Shown here one piece after another: positions 28,901 to 36,815 of a stretch of 64,000 bases of DNA. Made by a program: the position numbers and the translations under genes. The notes beneath the pieces were generated by a model. It searched no databases. It was not told the origin of the DNA and saw only the letters and a program-made list of their open reading frames with translations. The stretch spans positions 1 to 64,000 of IMG/VR virus record IMGVR_UViG_3300042508_000221; one strand, 5' to 3'. Within the stretch, counting starts at the first letter, position 1; each line of letters starts with the position of its first letter. The DNA is from a virus.

Positions 28901-29901
28901 TGCCCGCCGCGCGGGATTGGAAAAGCGTGGCATACGGCAACGGAGTGTTTGTCGCGGTGTCATACAACGGCGACACAGCGGCCACAAGCACCGATGGCAT
29001 CAACTGGACGCAGCGAACGCTGCCAGTTAGCGGGTATTGGAGTGGCGTGACCCATGGAAACGGCACGTTTCTTGCAATTCCGTACACGGGCACTTACGCC
29101 GCCACTAGCGCGGACGGCATTACTTGGACGCAGCGGACACTGCCATCCGACTCGCCTTGGCGAGCCGGCGTATATGGCGGTGGCACGTTCGTAGCGGTTG
29201 CTGCCGCCAGCTCAATCGCCGCTACGAGCACTGACGGCGTTAGCTGGACTCAGCGAACGCTGCCCTTCAACGGGTCTTGGGAGAGCGTGACCTACGGCAA
29301 CGGAATGTTTGTTGCGATTGCCAACAACAGCACTTACGCCGCCACCAGCACGGACGGCGTTACTTGGACGCAGCGGACGCTGCCGTCCGCCGCCTTCTGG
29401 CGAAGCGTCACATACGGAAACGGAATGTTTGTTGCCGTTGCAAGCAACAGCACTATCGCCGCCACAAGCACGAACGGCATTGAGTGGACGCAGCGGACAA
29501 TGCCCGTCTTGGAAGGATGGTCATCTGAGGATTGGTACGGTGTTGCCTACGGAAGCGGAGCGTTCGTCGCGGTATCGTATACCCATGGTGCTGCGGCCCG
29601 CAGCGCAGATGGCGTCAACTGGACGCTGTTTGCGATGCCGGTTAGCGCAGGATGGCAAAGCATCACATACGGCGGCGGCAAGTTTGTCTCGGTGGCTGGC
29701 GGGATAAACACTACTATCGCCGCAACTGTCGAGGTGGGTGTTTATTCGCCGTTCGCCAACATCAGCAGTGCCACGTCCTCCTCGCTCGCTCTTTCCGGCC
29801 TATCAAAAGCCGCCGATGATGGCGATCGCTTTCGGGTTGTCGTGTCTGCCACAGGGGCTGCAAGCGTAACAAGCCAACCCGCAACACTCACGGTGTCGTG
29901 A
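25960..29901 (+). CDS. Large mosaic fibre/adhesin: collagen-like segments, two BNR-like propeller arrays, Mtd-N-like and Ig-like domains
   Basis: GPAGP triplets; repeated W..V.YGNG.FVAV...ATS.DGITWT.RT; SYQWQ...DGDRFRVVV. Confidence 0.8.
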   Translation: MSEISVVVVGSTSINSVVGNGDTVNVTVGSSTGGGGSGTAATIEAGTVTTIDATQTATVTNVGSAFAAKFNFSLPRGFTGLQGQAGPAGPGNSLSIGTVSTGTAASATITGTSPSQTLSLVLPQGNAGPQGAVGAAGPANSLTVGSVTTGATAAVSITGSAPSQQISFVIPAGPSGPAGPANSLEVGSVTTGATAAVSITGSAPSQQISFVIPQGPSGPTGPAGGLATVSVGTVTTGSPGTPAAVQAVANGSTVTLNFTIPRGSDGTSNLADETPQPLGVASAGSALKAARADHIHAVPTIDYSSLAGVPSTFVPVSHQHLITDVTGLETALNAKQAAGNYATLVGGTVPSSQLPGFVDDVVEAASFGTLPSPGESGKLYVAVDTRKVYRWSGGSVGYVEIAASPGSTDAVPEGATNLYFTSVRAAAAAPVQSVAGRTGAVTLAKSDVGLGSVDNTSDANKPVSTAQASADSAVQSYSIQRANHTGTQTASTISDFAAEAAKYGPVASLNSLTGALTLAPGNGVTITPSGTTLTIASTATGLGADDAIDGGAFGGSASLGGGVSWTQRTLAANAEWLQVAYGNGVFVAVALGTTAATSTDGITWTQRTMPSGDYHAFAHGNGVFVAISLGGGWTARSADGITWTKTGMLAGGDNWNGTSFWRVAYGNGTFVAVSISGTTAATSVDGITWTSRTLPGSYPYRCIAYGSGTFVALTYNSNTAATSADGITWTARTLPSNQGWTGITYGNGLFVAVASNTGYTARSADGITWTQSGTLPTGLIEPAVTYGAGTFVIVGQGGSGSGTSVAATSIDGINWTQRTLPASGVWQSVAYGSDLFVAIAGGGTPTTLAATSPGSFASADVVKPKRSYTAGITPATAELETHELAVSWADGKLFTKDVDGNLVTLTLGGGSGADDAIDGGWFYGTSGHTASVTITSPPANKTASSGAATFAVTATVDPSGSPSYQWQKSDANSTIVTQRTMPAARDWKSVAYGNGVFVAVSYNGDTAATSTDGINWTQRTLPVSGYWSGVTHGNGTFLAIPYTGTYAATSADGITWTQRTLPSDSPWRAGVYGGGTFVAVAAASSIAATSTDGVSWTQRTLPFNGSWESVTYGNGMFVAIANNSTYAATSTDGVTWTQRTLPSAAFWRSVTYGNGMFVAVASNSTIAATSTNGIEWTQRTMPVLEGWSSEDWYGVAYGSGAFVAVSYTHGAAARSADGVNWTLFAMPVSAGWQSITYGGGKFVSVAGGINTTIAATVEVGVYSPFANISSATSSSLALSGLSKAADDGDRFRVVVSATGAASVTSQPATLTVS
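26215..26630 (+). repeat. Collagen-interrupted tandem repeats of about 42-48 aa
   Basis: PANSL.VGSVTTGATAAVSITGSAPSQQISFVIP units; 126-nt period between 26371 and 26497. Confidence 0.8.
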
Positions 29902-31289
29902 TGCCTGAACCTGTGAAACCAAAAAGAAGCTACACGGCTGGCGTCGTGCCAACGGCGGCGGAGCTACAGTCGCACGAATGCTCTATCAACTGGGCAGACC
30001 GCGTTCTGTTCGTGAAGTCGGCGGACGGCGCTATTCAGTCAGTGACACTCGGTGGCGGCAGCGGCACTCTGCCAACTGCATCAGACACGGTGCTTGGCGG
30101 CATCAAGGTTGGCAGCGGGTTGTCGATCTCGTCTGGCGTGTTGTCTGCAACTGGCGGCAGCGGCACAATCGACGGCGGCGTCTACGCCAACATCGCGACC
30201 ATCACAATCTCGTCGCAGCCGTCGAATCAGACGGCTGGCGTGAACGGGGCGACGTTCACTGTCACGGCGTCTGTGACCGAGAACGCCACGCTGGCGTACC
30301 AGTGGCAGCGGCAGGCGGGCGGTGCAGGGTCGTGGGCGAATGTCGGCACAAATTCGGCGAGTCTCAGCCTCACGAACCTCACGACGCAATCGAACGACGG
30401 CGACAAGTATCGCGTCGTTCTTACCGCGACGGGCGGTGCCGAGAGCGTGACGAGCAACGCCGCAACGCTTACCGTGCCAGCCGTGGCGGTCGTGGACTAC
30501 CTCGTTGTCGCGGGAGGTGGCAGCGGGTCAAGGGACTGGAGCGGCGGCGGCGGTGCGGGTGGTATGCTGACCGGCACGACAACCTTTGGAGTTGGCTCGA
30601 CAACCACGGTCACGGTCGGCGCGGGCGCGGCTGGGGCCACCGGAAATTATGGCCGTGGCAACTCGGGGAACGCCTCGTCTCTCGGCTCTCTGTCGGCCGT
30701 TGGCGGCGGTTCCGGCGGTGACAGCGATAATTGGGACTCATCCGGCCTGCGTCAAGCTGGAGGAAGCGGCGGATCGGGCGGCGGCGGCGGTCGCAGTCCG
30801 AACTCGTTTTCCGACCCGGTCAACACTGCGTTTGGCGGGCTCGGCACGGCGAACCAAGGCAATAGCGGCGGCGAAGGCACCTATGCACTGGCAGGAGGGT
30901 CTGGGGGCAGGGGCGGCGGCGGCGGCGGCGCTGGCGCTGCCGGCGGCAGTGGCGCTGCTGGCGGCAACGGCGGCAGCGGCCTCGCGTGGCTCGACGGTGT
31001 TACCTACGCGGGCGGCGGCGGTGGAGGAACTGACGGAGCCGGCGGTTCGGGCGGCGGTGGAGGCGCGGCGGGCGCGGCCACGGGCCAGCCCGGTTCGGCG
31101 AACACGGGCGGCGGCGGCAGCGGCTCGGCCATGCCGCACTTCAGCGTGCCCAGCGCCGGCGGCGGCTCTGGCGTTGTCATCATCCGCACAACAGCCACCG
31201 CAGCGTCCACGACAGGCTCGCCGACCGTGACGCAGTCCGGTGGATACAACTTCTACAAGTTCACGGGCAGCGGGAGCATCACGTTCTAG
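29898..31289 (+). CDS. Fibre protein with Mtd-N-like, Ig-like and glycine-rich domains
   Basis: VKPKRSYTAG; YQWQ; YLVVAGGG...GGSGVVIIR...FTGSGSITF. Confidence 0.75.
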   Translation: MMPEPVKPKRSYTAGVVPTAAELQSHECSINWADRVLFVKSADGAIQSVTLGGGSGTLPTASDTVLGGIKVGSGLSISSGVLSATGGSGTIDGGVYANIATITISSQPSNQTAGVNGATFTVTASVTENATLAYQWQRQAGGAGSWANVGTNSASLSLTNLTTQSNDGDKYRVVLTATGGAESVTSNAATLTVPAVAVVDYLVVAGGGSGSRDWSGGGGAGGMLTGTTTFGVGSTTTVTVGAGAAGATGNYGRGNSGNASSLGSLSAVGGGSGGDSDNWDSSGLRQAGGSGGSGGGGGRSPNSFSDPVNTAFGGLGTANQGNSGGEGTYALAGGSGGRGGGGGGAGAAGGSGAAGGNGGSGLAWLDGVTYAGGGGGGTDGAGGSGGGGGAAGAATGQPGSANTGGGGSGSAMPHFSVPSAGGGSGVVIIRTTATAASTTGSPTVTQSGGYNFYKFTGSGSITF

Positions 31290-31291
31290 GC

Positions 31292-31642
31292 ATGGCACAC
31301 TTCGCGCAAATCAACGAAGACAACGTCGTGACTCAGGTCATCGTTGTTAATAACAGCGAACTCCTCGAAGACGGCGTCGAAATCGAGGCCAAGGGGATTG
31401 CTTTCTGCAAGTCTCTGATCGACGGGGATTGGGTGCAGACCAGCTATAACGGAAGTATGCGGAAGCAGTTCGCGGGAGTCGGCTACAAGTACGACCAGCA
31501 GGCGGACGTGTTTGTAACGCCGAGGCCGTACCCTTCGTGGTCGCTGGACGCGAACCACGACTGGCAACCCCCTGTCGCAATGCCGACCGATGGTGGCAGC
31601 TACGGATGGAACGAAGAAACACAGTCGTGGGTTAGCCGATGA
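31292..31642 (+). CDS. Fibre-associated protein, MAHFAQ family copy 1
   Basis: MAHFAQ..E.NVVTQVIVV, QTSYNG, FAG.GY.YD, PYPSW. Confidence 0.75.
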   Translation: MAHFAQINEDNVVTQVIVVNNSELLEDGVEIEAKGIAFCKSLIDGDWVQTSYNGSMRKQFAGVGYKYDQQADVFVTPRPYPSWSLDANHDWQPPVAMPTDGGSYGWNEETQSWVSR

Positions 31643-33093
31643 GCGACATTATCAGGCTGAAGCGGACTGCCGTTCAGGGCGTTGCACCAACGTCGCTTGA
31701 TTTTGGCGAGCTTGCGCTCAACTACCACTCGTCCGGCGGGAAGCTGTATTACAAGAACTCAGCGGGCACGATCGTAGAGTTCACTCTCGCCTCCGGTGCC
31801 ACCGAGATTTTCGAGGCAACCACAACCGCAGGCTTTCCCGCCACTGGTTCGGCGGGCGTGCTGTATGTAAGTCGTGATGCCTCTCGCGTGTTTCGCTGGG
31901 ATTCGTCGGGCGTGTACATCGAGATCGGCACGGCGGGTGGTGGTGGTGGTGGCAATGGCGAGGACGCGGTGCTTCGTGCGTTGTTCGTGCCGCCTGCGCC
32001 GACAAGCGTCACGGCGGGCGGATTCGACGGTCAGGCCGTAGTGCAGTGGACTGCGCCAACGGTTCTTTCGCAGACTCCGATCACAGACTACACGTTGCAG
32101 TTCCGTCAGGGCAGCGGCGATTGGACAACCGTCACGCGATCTGCCTCGACGGCAGCGAGCGCGACGGTGACGGGGCTTCAAAACGGCTCTGCCTACACCT
32201 TCAGAGTCGCAGCGGTGAACGGCGTGGGCACTGGTGCTTATTCGGCGGCGAGTAGTTCCGTGACGCCCAATTCCGGCGTGGCCGTAACCTACTTGCTCGT
32301 CGGCGGTGGCGGCGGTGGTGGTGATGGTCGCGGTGGCGGTGGCGGTGCTGGTGGATACTTGTACGGATCAGGGATTGCCGCCCTCGCCAGTTCGCTGTCG
32401 GTTGTTGTCGGCGCTGGTGGCAGCAACAGCACGAACGGCGAAAACTCCACTTTCGCGCTTTCGTCGGGGTCGCTGACTGCCTTCGGTGGGGGCGGCGGCG
32501 CGGACGGCCTTAAGGGGCTGTTTACCGGTTCTGGCGAGGCGGGTGGTTCTGGCGGCTCCGGCGGCGGCGGCAGCGGATATCCGCCTGTCGGCGATGGCGG
32601 CAGCGGCAGTCAAGGCTACGCCGGCGGTAGCGGCTATGGCTTAGGGGAGCCATACAACGGCGGCAGCGGCGGTGGCGCAGGCGGCGCTGGCAGTACCGGC
32701 CACACGGCACCGGGCGGTCCCGGCAGGAGTAACGAGTCTGACTTCCTTGCTGCCGCTAACGCCGGCGTAGATGTAAGCGGAACAAGATACATCGCTGCTG
32801 GCGGCTCTGGTGGCTCTTACGGGCCGACACCGGGCAGCGGTGGCGTCGGTGGCGGCGGCGCAGGTGGCAACTCAGGGGCACAAGGCAGCAGCGGCGCTGC
32901 GTTCACTGGCTCTGGCGGCGGCGGCGGCGGCAACGGAGCAAACGGCGGTTATGGCGGCTCTGGCGTGGTGATCCTGCGAATCCCAACCACGCACACCGCG
33001 ACAACCACAGGATCGCCTGACATTTATGTGACCGGCGGATACCGCTATTACAAGTTCACGCAAAACGGAACCATTCAATTCTCCGTCGCATGA
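31639..33093 (+). CDS. Fibre protein with Mtd-N-like, fibronectin type III and glycine-rich domains
   Basis: IRLKR..GELALN; PPAPTSV...WTAP...TGLQNG.AY.FRVAAVN..G.G.YS. Confidence 0.8.
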   Translation: MSDIIRLKRTAVQGVAPTSLDFGELALNYHSSGGKLYYKNSAGTIVEFTLASGATEIFEATTTAGFPATGSAGVLYVSRDASRVFRWDSSGVYIEIGTAGGGGGGNGEDAVLRALFVPPAPTSVTAGGFDGQAVVQWTAPTVLSQTPITDYTLQFRQGSGDWTTVTRSASTAASATVTGLQNGSAYTFRVAAVNGVGTGAYSAASSSVTPNSGVAVTYLLVGGGGGGGDGRGGGGGAGGYLYGSGIAALASSLSVVVGAGGSNSTNGENSTFALSSGSLTAFGGGGGADGLKGLFTGSGEAGGSGGSGGGGSGYPPVGDGGSGSQGYAGGSGYGLGEPYNGGSGGGAGGAGSTGHTAPGGPGRSNESDFLAAANAGVDVSGTRYIAAGGSGGSYGPTPGSGGVGGGGAGGNSGAQGSSGAAFTGSGGGGGGNGANGGYGGSGVVILRIPTTHTATTTGSPDIYVTGGYRYYKFTQNGTIQFSVA

Positions 33094-33122
33094 GAGACTC
33101 CATCTACCTCGGCGTAGCTTGA
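33090..33122 (+). pseudogene. Truncated remnant (MRDSIYLGVA*) of the small gene at 34506-34634
   Basis: Identical 16-mer GACTCCATCTACCTCG at 33096 and 34512. Confidence 0.55.
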
Positions 33123-33137
33123 TATAAAGGACTGCAC

Positions 33138-34151
33138 ATGCCATTCAACTTCCCCACAAGTAACCTCACCGTTGGACAGGTGTCGATCCAAAACGGCAGG
33201 TCGTACACCTACGCTGGCGGCTCGGTTTGGGAACTCACCGCGACCGGTGGCTCGGGCCTGTCATGGTCAAGCGCGCCAGCGTCTGCGACGGCGACGGGCG
33301 TGGCGGGCGAGATCGCGTATGACGGCGACAACCTCTGGGTGGCGACGGCTGCGAATACGTGGAAGCGGACGCCTCTCACTACTCCTGTGAATCTCAGCTA
33401 TCTGGTGGTCGGCGGCGGCGGCGGCGGCGGGCGCTATTTTTCTGGCGGCGGTGGTGCTGGCGGGTATCGGTCTGGCACGACAACCATCACCGCAGGGACC
33501 GCATACGCGGTCGTGGTTGGCGGCGGTGGTGCTGCCCTCACGGCATCGCAGGTCGGCATCGGCTCCTCGGGCAGTGCCAGTTCATTCGCTGGCATAGAGT
33601 CCGCAGGCGGCGGCTACGGTGCGGGCAGCGACAGCGCGGGCGTGGTTGGCGGCTCGGGAGGCTCTGGTGGCGGCGGTGGTGGCGCGGGGTCGGCGGCTGG
33701 TGGTGCTGGCAACACACCTGCGACCTCGCCTTCGCAGGGTAACAACGGCGGCGCGACGACTTACGGCGGCGCAGGCGGCGGCGGCGCGGGTGGTGTCGGG
33801 ATTGCCACGGCCAGCGGCTCGACGGGTGGTAGTGGTGCCTCCTCAACAATCACCGGCACCGCAGTAGTGCGTGCAGGCGGCGGCGGCGGCAGCGCACCGA
33901 CGAGCGGGTCGGGTTCCGGCGGTGGCGGAAATGGCGCGACCGATAGCGTGGCTGGCACCAGCGGCGCAACGAACACCGGCTCGGGAGGCGGCGGCGGATC
34001 GTATCCGCAGCAGGGCGGCTCGGGCGGCTCGGGCGTTGTCATCATTCGCGCCCCCGTTGCAGCAGCTTCGACCACCGGATCGCCAACCGTCTCCACGGTC
34101 GCAGGCGAGACGGTCTATGTGTTCACGTCCACCGGGAGTATCACTTTTTAA
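33138..34151 (+). CDS. Glycine-rich fibre protein
   Basis: G.AGEIAYD..LWVA.A.NTWKR; YLVVGGGG...GGSGVVIIR...FTSTGSITF. Confidence 0.75.
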   Translation: MPFNFPTSNLTVGQVSIQNGRSYTYAGGSVWELTATGGSGLSWSSAPASATATGVAGEIAYDGDNLWVATAANTWKRTPLTTPVNLSYLVVGGGGGGGRYFSGGGGAGGYRSGTTTITAGTAYAVVVGGGGAALTASQVGIGSSGSASSFAGIESAGGGYGAGSDSAGVVGGSGGSGGGGGGAGSAAGGAGNTPATSPSQGNNGGATTYGGAGGGGAGGVGIATASGSTGGSGASSTITGTAVVRAGGGGGSAPTSGSGSGGGGNGATDSVAGTSGATNTGSGGGGGSYPQQGGSGGSGVVIIRAPVAAASTTGSPTVSTVAGETVYVFTSTGSITF

Positions 34152-34153
34152 TC

Positions 34154-34513
34154 ATGGCACACTTTGCACAACTTGACGAAAACAACGTCGTCACGCAGGT
34201 GATCGTTGTCGCCAACGCGGAACTGCTTGACAACGGCGTGGAGAGCGAGGCCAAGGGGGTCGCGTTCTGCCACTCGCTGTTCGGCGGCAAATGGCGGCAG
34301 ACGAGCTACAGTGGCGGGTTTCGCGGGCGATTCGCGGGCATTGGCTACCGCTACGACGCGGATGCGGAAGTGTTTATCTCGCCGCAGCCATTCCCCTCAT
34401 GGACGCTAGATGCCAGCCATGACTGGCAACCGCCGACACCGATGCCAGCCGATGACAAGCTGTATCGCTGGGATGAGCCGACGCTGGCGTGGGTGGAGGT
34501 TCCCGGTGCGTGA
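34154..34513 (+). CDS. Fibre-associated protein, MAHFAQ family copy 2
   Basis: Paralog of 31292-31642. Confidence 0.75.
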   Translation: MAHFAQLDENNVVTQVIVVANAELLDNGVESEAKGVAFCHSLFGGKWRQTSYSGGFRGRFAGIGYRYDADAEVFISPQPFPSWTLDASHDWQPPTPMPADDKLYRWDEPTLAWVEVPGA

Positions 34514-34634
34514 CTCCATCTACCTCGCCGCGATCCTAACAGCCGCAGCGTCCGCGCTGCTGCTCTCGGCTCGCGCGGGGCAAACAGCGATGCGGTGGGT
34601 GATTGGCAAGGCGATACAAAACACTCTCGGGTAA
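34506..34634 (+). CDS. Small hydrophobic protein
   Basis: GTG start with GGAGG upstream; hydrophobic helix. Confidence 0.45.
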   Translation: MRDSIYLAAILTAAASALLLSARAGQTAMRWVIGKAIQNTLG

Positions 34635-34637
34635 CAC

Positions 34638-34964
34638 ATGAGCAACACCTACTCAGTCCTGCCGGGGTCGATGAATCTCGCTTTCAAGAAGGCCGGAGAC
34701 TTCGCCGCCCTCATCGACTTCGACGGCACCTCGCTCGTCGGGTACACCGCCACGGCGACCGTGACGAGCCTCGTCACCGGAGCGGCCGTCGTGCCGTTCA
34801 CGACGAGCGTGGCTGACGCCTCGGCCGGTCAGGTCAACATCTCGCTGACCGACACGCAGACCGCCGCCCTGCCCGCCGGAACCTACGGCTGGCGGCTCGA
34901 CTGGACGGCACCGGGCAGCGTGCAGAGGACGGCGCTGCAAGGCACCGTGGAGGTCTACGCATGA
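34638..34964 (+). CDS. BppU-like fibre adaptor protein, copy 2
   Basis: GQVNISLTDTQTAALPAGTYGW.L.W...RT...G.V. Confidence 0.6.
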   Translation: MSNTYSVLPGSMNLAFKKAGDFAALIDFDGTSLVGYTATATVTSLVTGAAVVPFTTSVADASAGQVNISLTDTQTAALPAGTYGWRLDWTAPGSVQRTALQGTVEVYA

Positions 34965-35236
34965 GCGCGATCACGGCAACAGTTGTCTCGCAGCCGATCA
35001 CGGCGAGCGTGAGCAACGCGGGCGGCATCTCCGCGAACGTCGGGGCATCGTCGGTGAGCGTCACGGCAGGCGGCGGCATCGGGCCGCAGGGGCCAGCGGG
35101 AACGGACGGCGGGCTGCTGGAGCAACTCAGCAACGTGCAGATCAGCGGCGCGGTGGACGGCGACGTGCTGCGGTACTCAGCGAACAAGTGGAAGAACTAT
35201 CCCGACGCCGACATCGTAGACGGCGGCAATTGGTAA
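34961..35236 (+). CDS. Small collagen-motif fibre protein
   Basis: GPQGPAG, L.QLSNV, GDVL.Y...KW.N; ends VDGGNW. Confidence 0.65.
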   Translation: MSAITATVVSQPITASVSNAGGISANVGASSVSVTAGGGIGPQGPAGTDGGLLEQLSNVQISGAVDGDVLRYSANKWKNYPDADIVDGGNW

Positions 35237-35257
35237 CGCACAACTAGGAGGTGCAAC

Positions 35258-35959
35258 GTGGCAAATACTCTCAGGATTCGTCGAAGGGCACTGGGCGGCG
35301 CGAGCGGGGCACCGTCCTCGCTGGCACAGAGTGAGCTTGCATGGTCGGAGGTCGATCAGAGCCTTTTTATTGGTCAAGGCTCGGGCGGCTCCGCGACTGT
35401 CATCTGCATCGGCGGGCCGGGCACCTACGCAACGAAGTCTTATGTCACCTCGGCTGTCGCTGCCGTTGACGTGTCGAGCCAGCTTGCCAACTACCTGACC
35501 GCCGCGAACGCTGCATCGACCTACCTGACGATCTCGTCCGCGAGCAGCACCTACCTGACGCAGTCGAGCGCGAGCAGCACCTATGCGCCGCTGGCGTCTC
35601 CGACGTTCACGGGCACGCCCGCCTCAGTGACGCCGACGAGCGGAGACAACTCGACCAAGATTGCCACGACGGCGTTCGTGTCTGCGGCAGTGGCGGCACT
35701 CGTGAACGGGGCACCGGAAGCCCTCAACACCTTGGCGGAACTCAGCGCAGCGTTGAACTCGGATGCCTCGTTCTCCACGACCGTCTCGGCCAGCATCGGC
35801 GGCAAGCTCGCCAAGGCGTCTAACCTGAGTGACTTGGCTGACGTTGCCACCGCGAGGTCAAACCTCGGCCTCGGCGGCATCGCCACACAGGCGGCGAACA
35901 ACGTCAATCTGACCGGCGGCTTACTAGACAACTTCGACATCTCAGGCGGCACCTTTTAA
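35258..35959 (+). CDS. Fibre protein (Mtd-N-like plus tail-fibre repeats)
   Basis: YAPLASPTFTGTP, NSTKIATTAFV, APEALNTLAEL, NLSDL..ARSNLGL. Confidence 0.8.
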   Translation: MANTLRIRRRALGGASGAPSSLAQSELAWSEVDQSLFIGQGSGGSATVICIGGPGTYATKSYVTSAVAAVDVSSQLANYLTAANAASTYLTISSASSTYLTQSSASSTYAPLASPTFTGTPASVTPTSGDNSTKIATTAFVSAAVAALVNGAPEALNTLAELSAALNSDASFSTTVSASIGGKLAKASNLSDLADVATARSNLGLGGIATQAANNVNLTGGLLDNFDISGGTF

Positions 35960-35962
35960 GCG

Positions 35963-36487
35963 ATGGCGAACACCGTCCGCATCCTCCGAAGCACGACCGC
36001 CGGAAATACACCGGCATCGCTCGTCAGCGGCCAGATCGCTGTCAACGAGGCGGATGGACGCTTGTTCTATCGGGCCAGCAACGGCACGGTCACGACGTTT
36101 TCTTCGATTGCTTCGTTTGCCACGACGGCCAGTTTCCCCGCCGCAGGGTCGAGCAGCGTCCTGTATCTGGCGTCCGACACGTCGAAACTCCATCAATGGA
36201 CAGGCAGCGTCTATGTAGAGATTGGCGTCTCTGGTGGCAGTAGCGGAGGCGGCGGATCAACGACCGATGCCAGCTTGCTGACCAGCGGCACGCTGGACGA
36301 CGCGCGTCTCAGTGCGACGGTGACGACCGCGTTGACCAACGCTCGCACGCCAACCGGGGCGGCTGGTGGCGACCTAACGGGCACCTACCCAAATCCGACT
36401 ATCGCCGCCGGTGCCGTGACTGAGGCCGACCTCGCCAACGCCGTCCGCAATTCACTGTTTCATCCATTCCTCTTGATGGGAGGCTGA
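35963..36487 (+). CDS. Fibre protein (Mtd-N-like)
   Basis: GQIAVNEADGRLFY, FPAAG...LY, GGDLTGTYPNPTI. Confidence 0.75.
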   Translation: MANTVRILRSTTAGNTPASLVSGQIAVNEADGRLFYRASNGTVTTFSSIASFATTASFPAAGSSSVLYLASDTSKLHQWTGSVYVEIGVSGGSSGGGGSTTDASLLTSGTLDDARLSATVTTALTNARTPTGAAGGDLTGTYPNPTIAAGAVTEADLANAVRNSLFHPFLLMGG

Positions 36488-36488
36488 C

Positions 36489-36815
36489 ATGCCGCAGGCA
36501 CATAAAGTTTTGGGGCAGTCCAACCCATCGGCCACAACGCTGACCACGCTATACACCGTCCCGTCCTCCACGCAGGCAATCGCATCCACGTTGTCGGTAT
36601 GCAATCTTGGCGTGTCAACGACGTTCCGCGTGGCTGTTCGTCCTGCGGGTGCCACGCTGGCGAATCAGCATTACATCGTCTACGACGCCTCGGTGAACGC
36701 GAACGATTCTTTCTACTTGACGCTCGGCATCTCGCTTGCCGCTACCGATGTTGTGTCGGTTTTTGCGGGCACGGCCAATATCTCGTTCTCGTTGTTTGGC
36801 GTGGAGATAACGTGA
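36489..36815 (+). CDS. Small virion/fibre-associated protein
   Basis: KVLGQ.NP..T..TLYTVP...FG.EI. Confidence 0.65.
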   Translation: MPQAHKVLGQSNPSATTLTTLYTVPSSTQAIASTLSVCNLGVSTTFRVAVRPAGATLANQHYIVYDASVNANDSFYLTLGISLAATDVVSVFAGTANISFSLFGVEIT

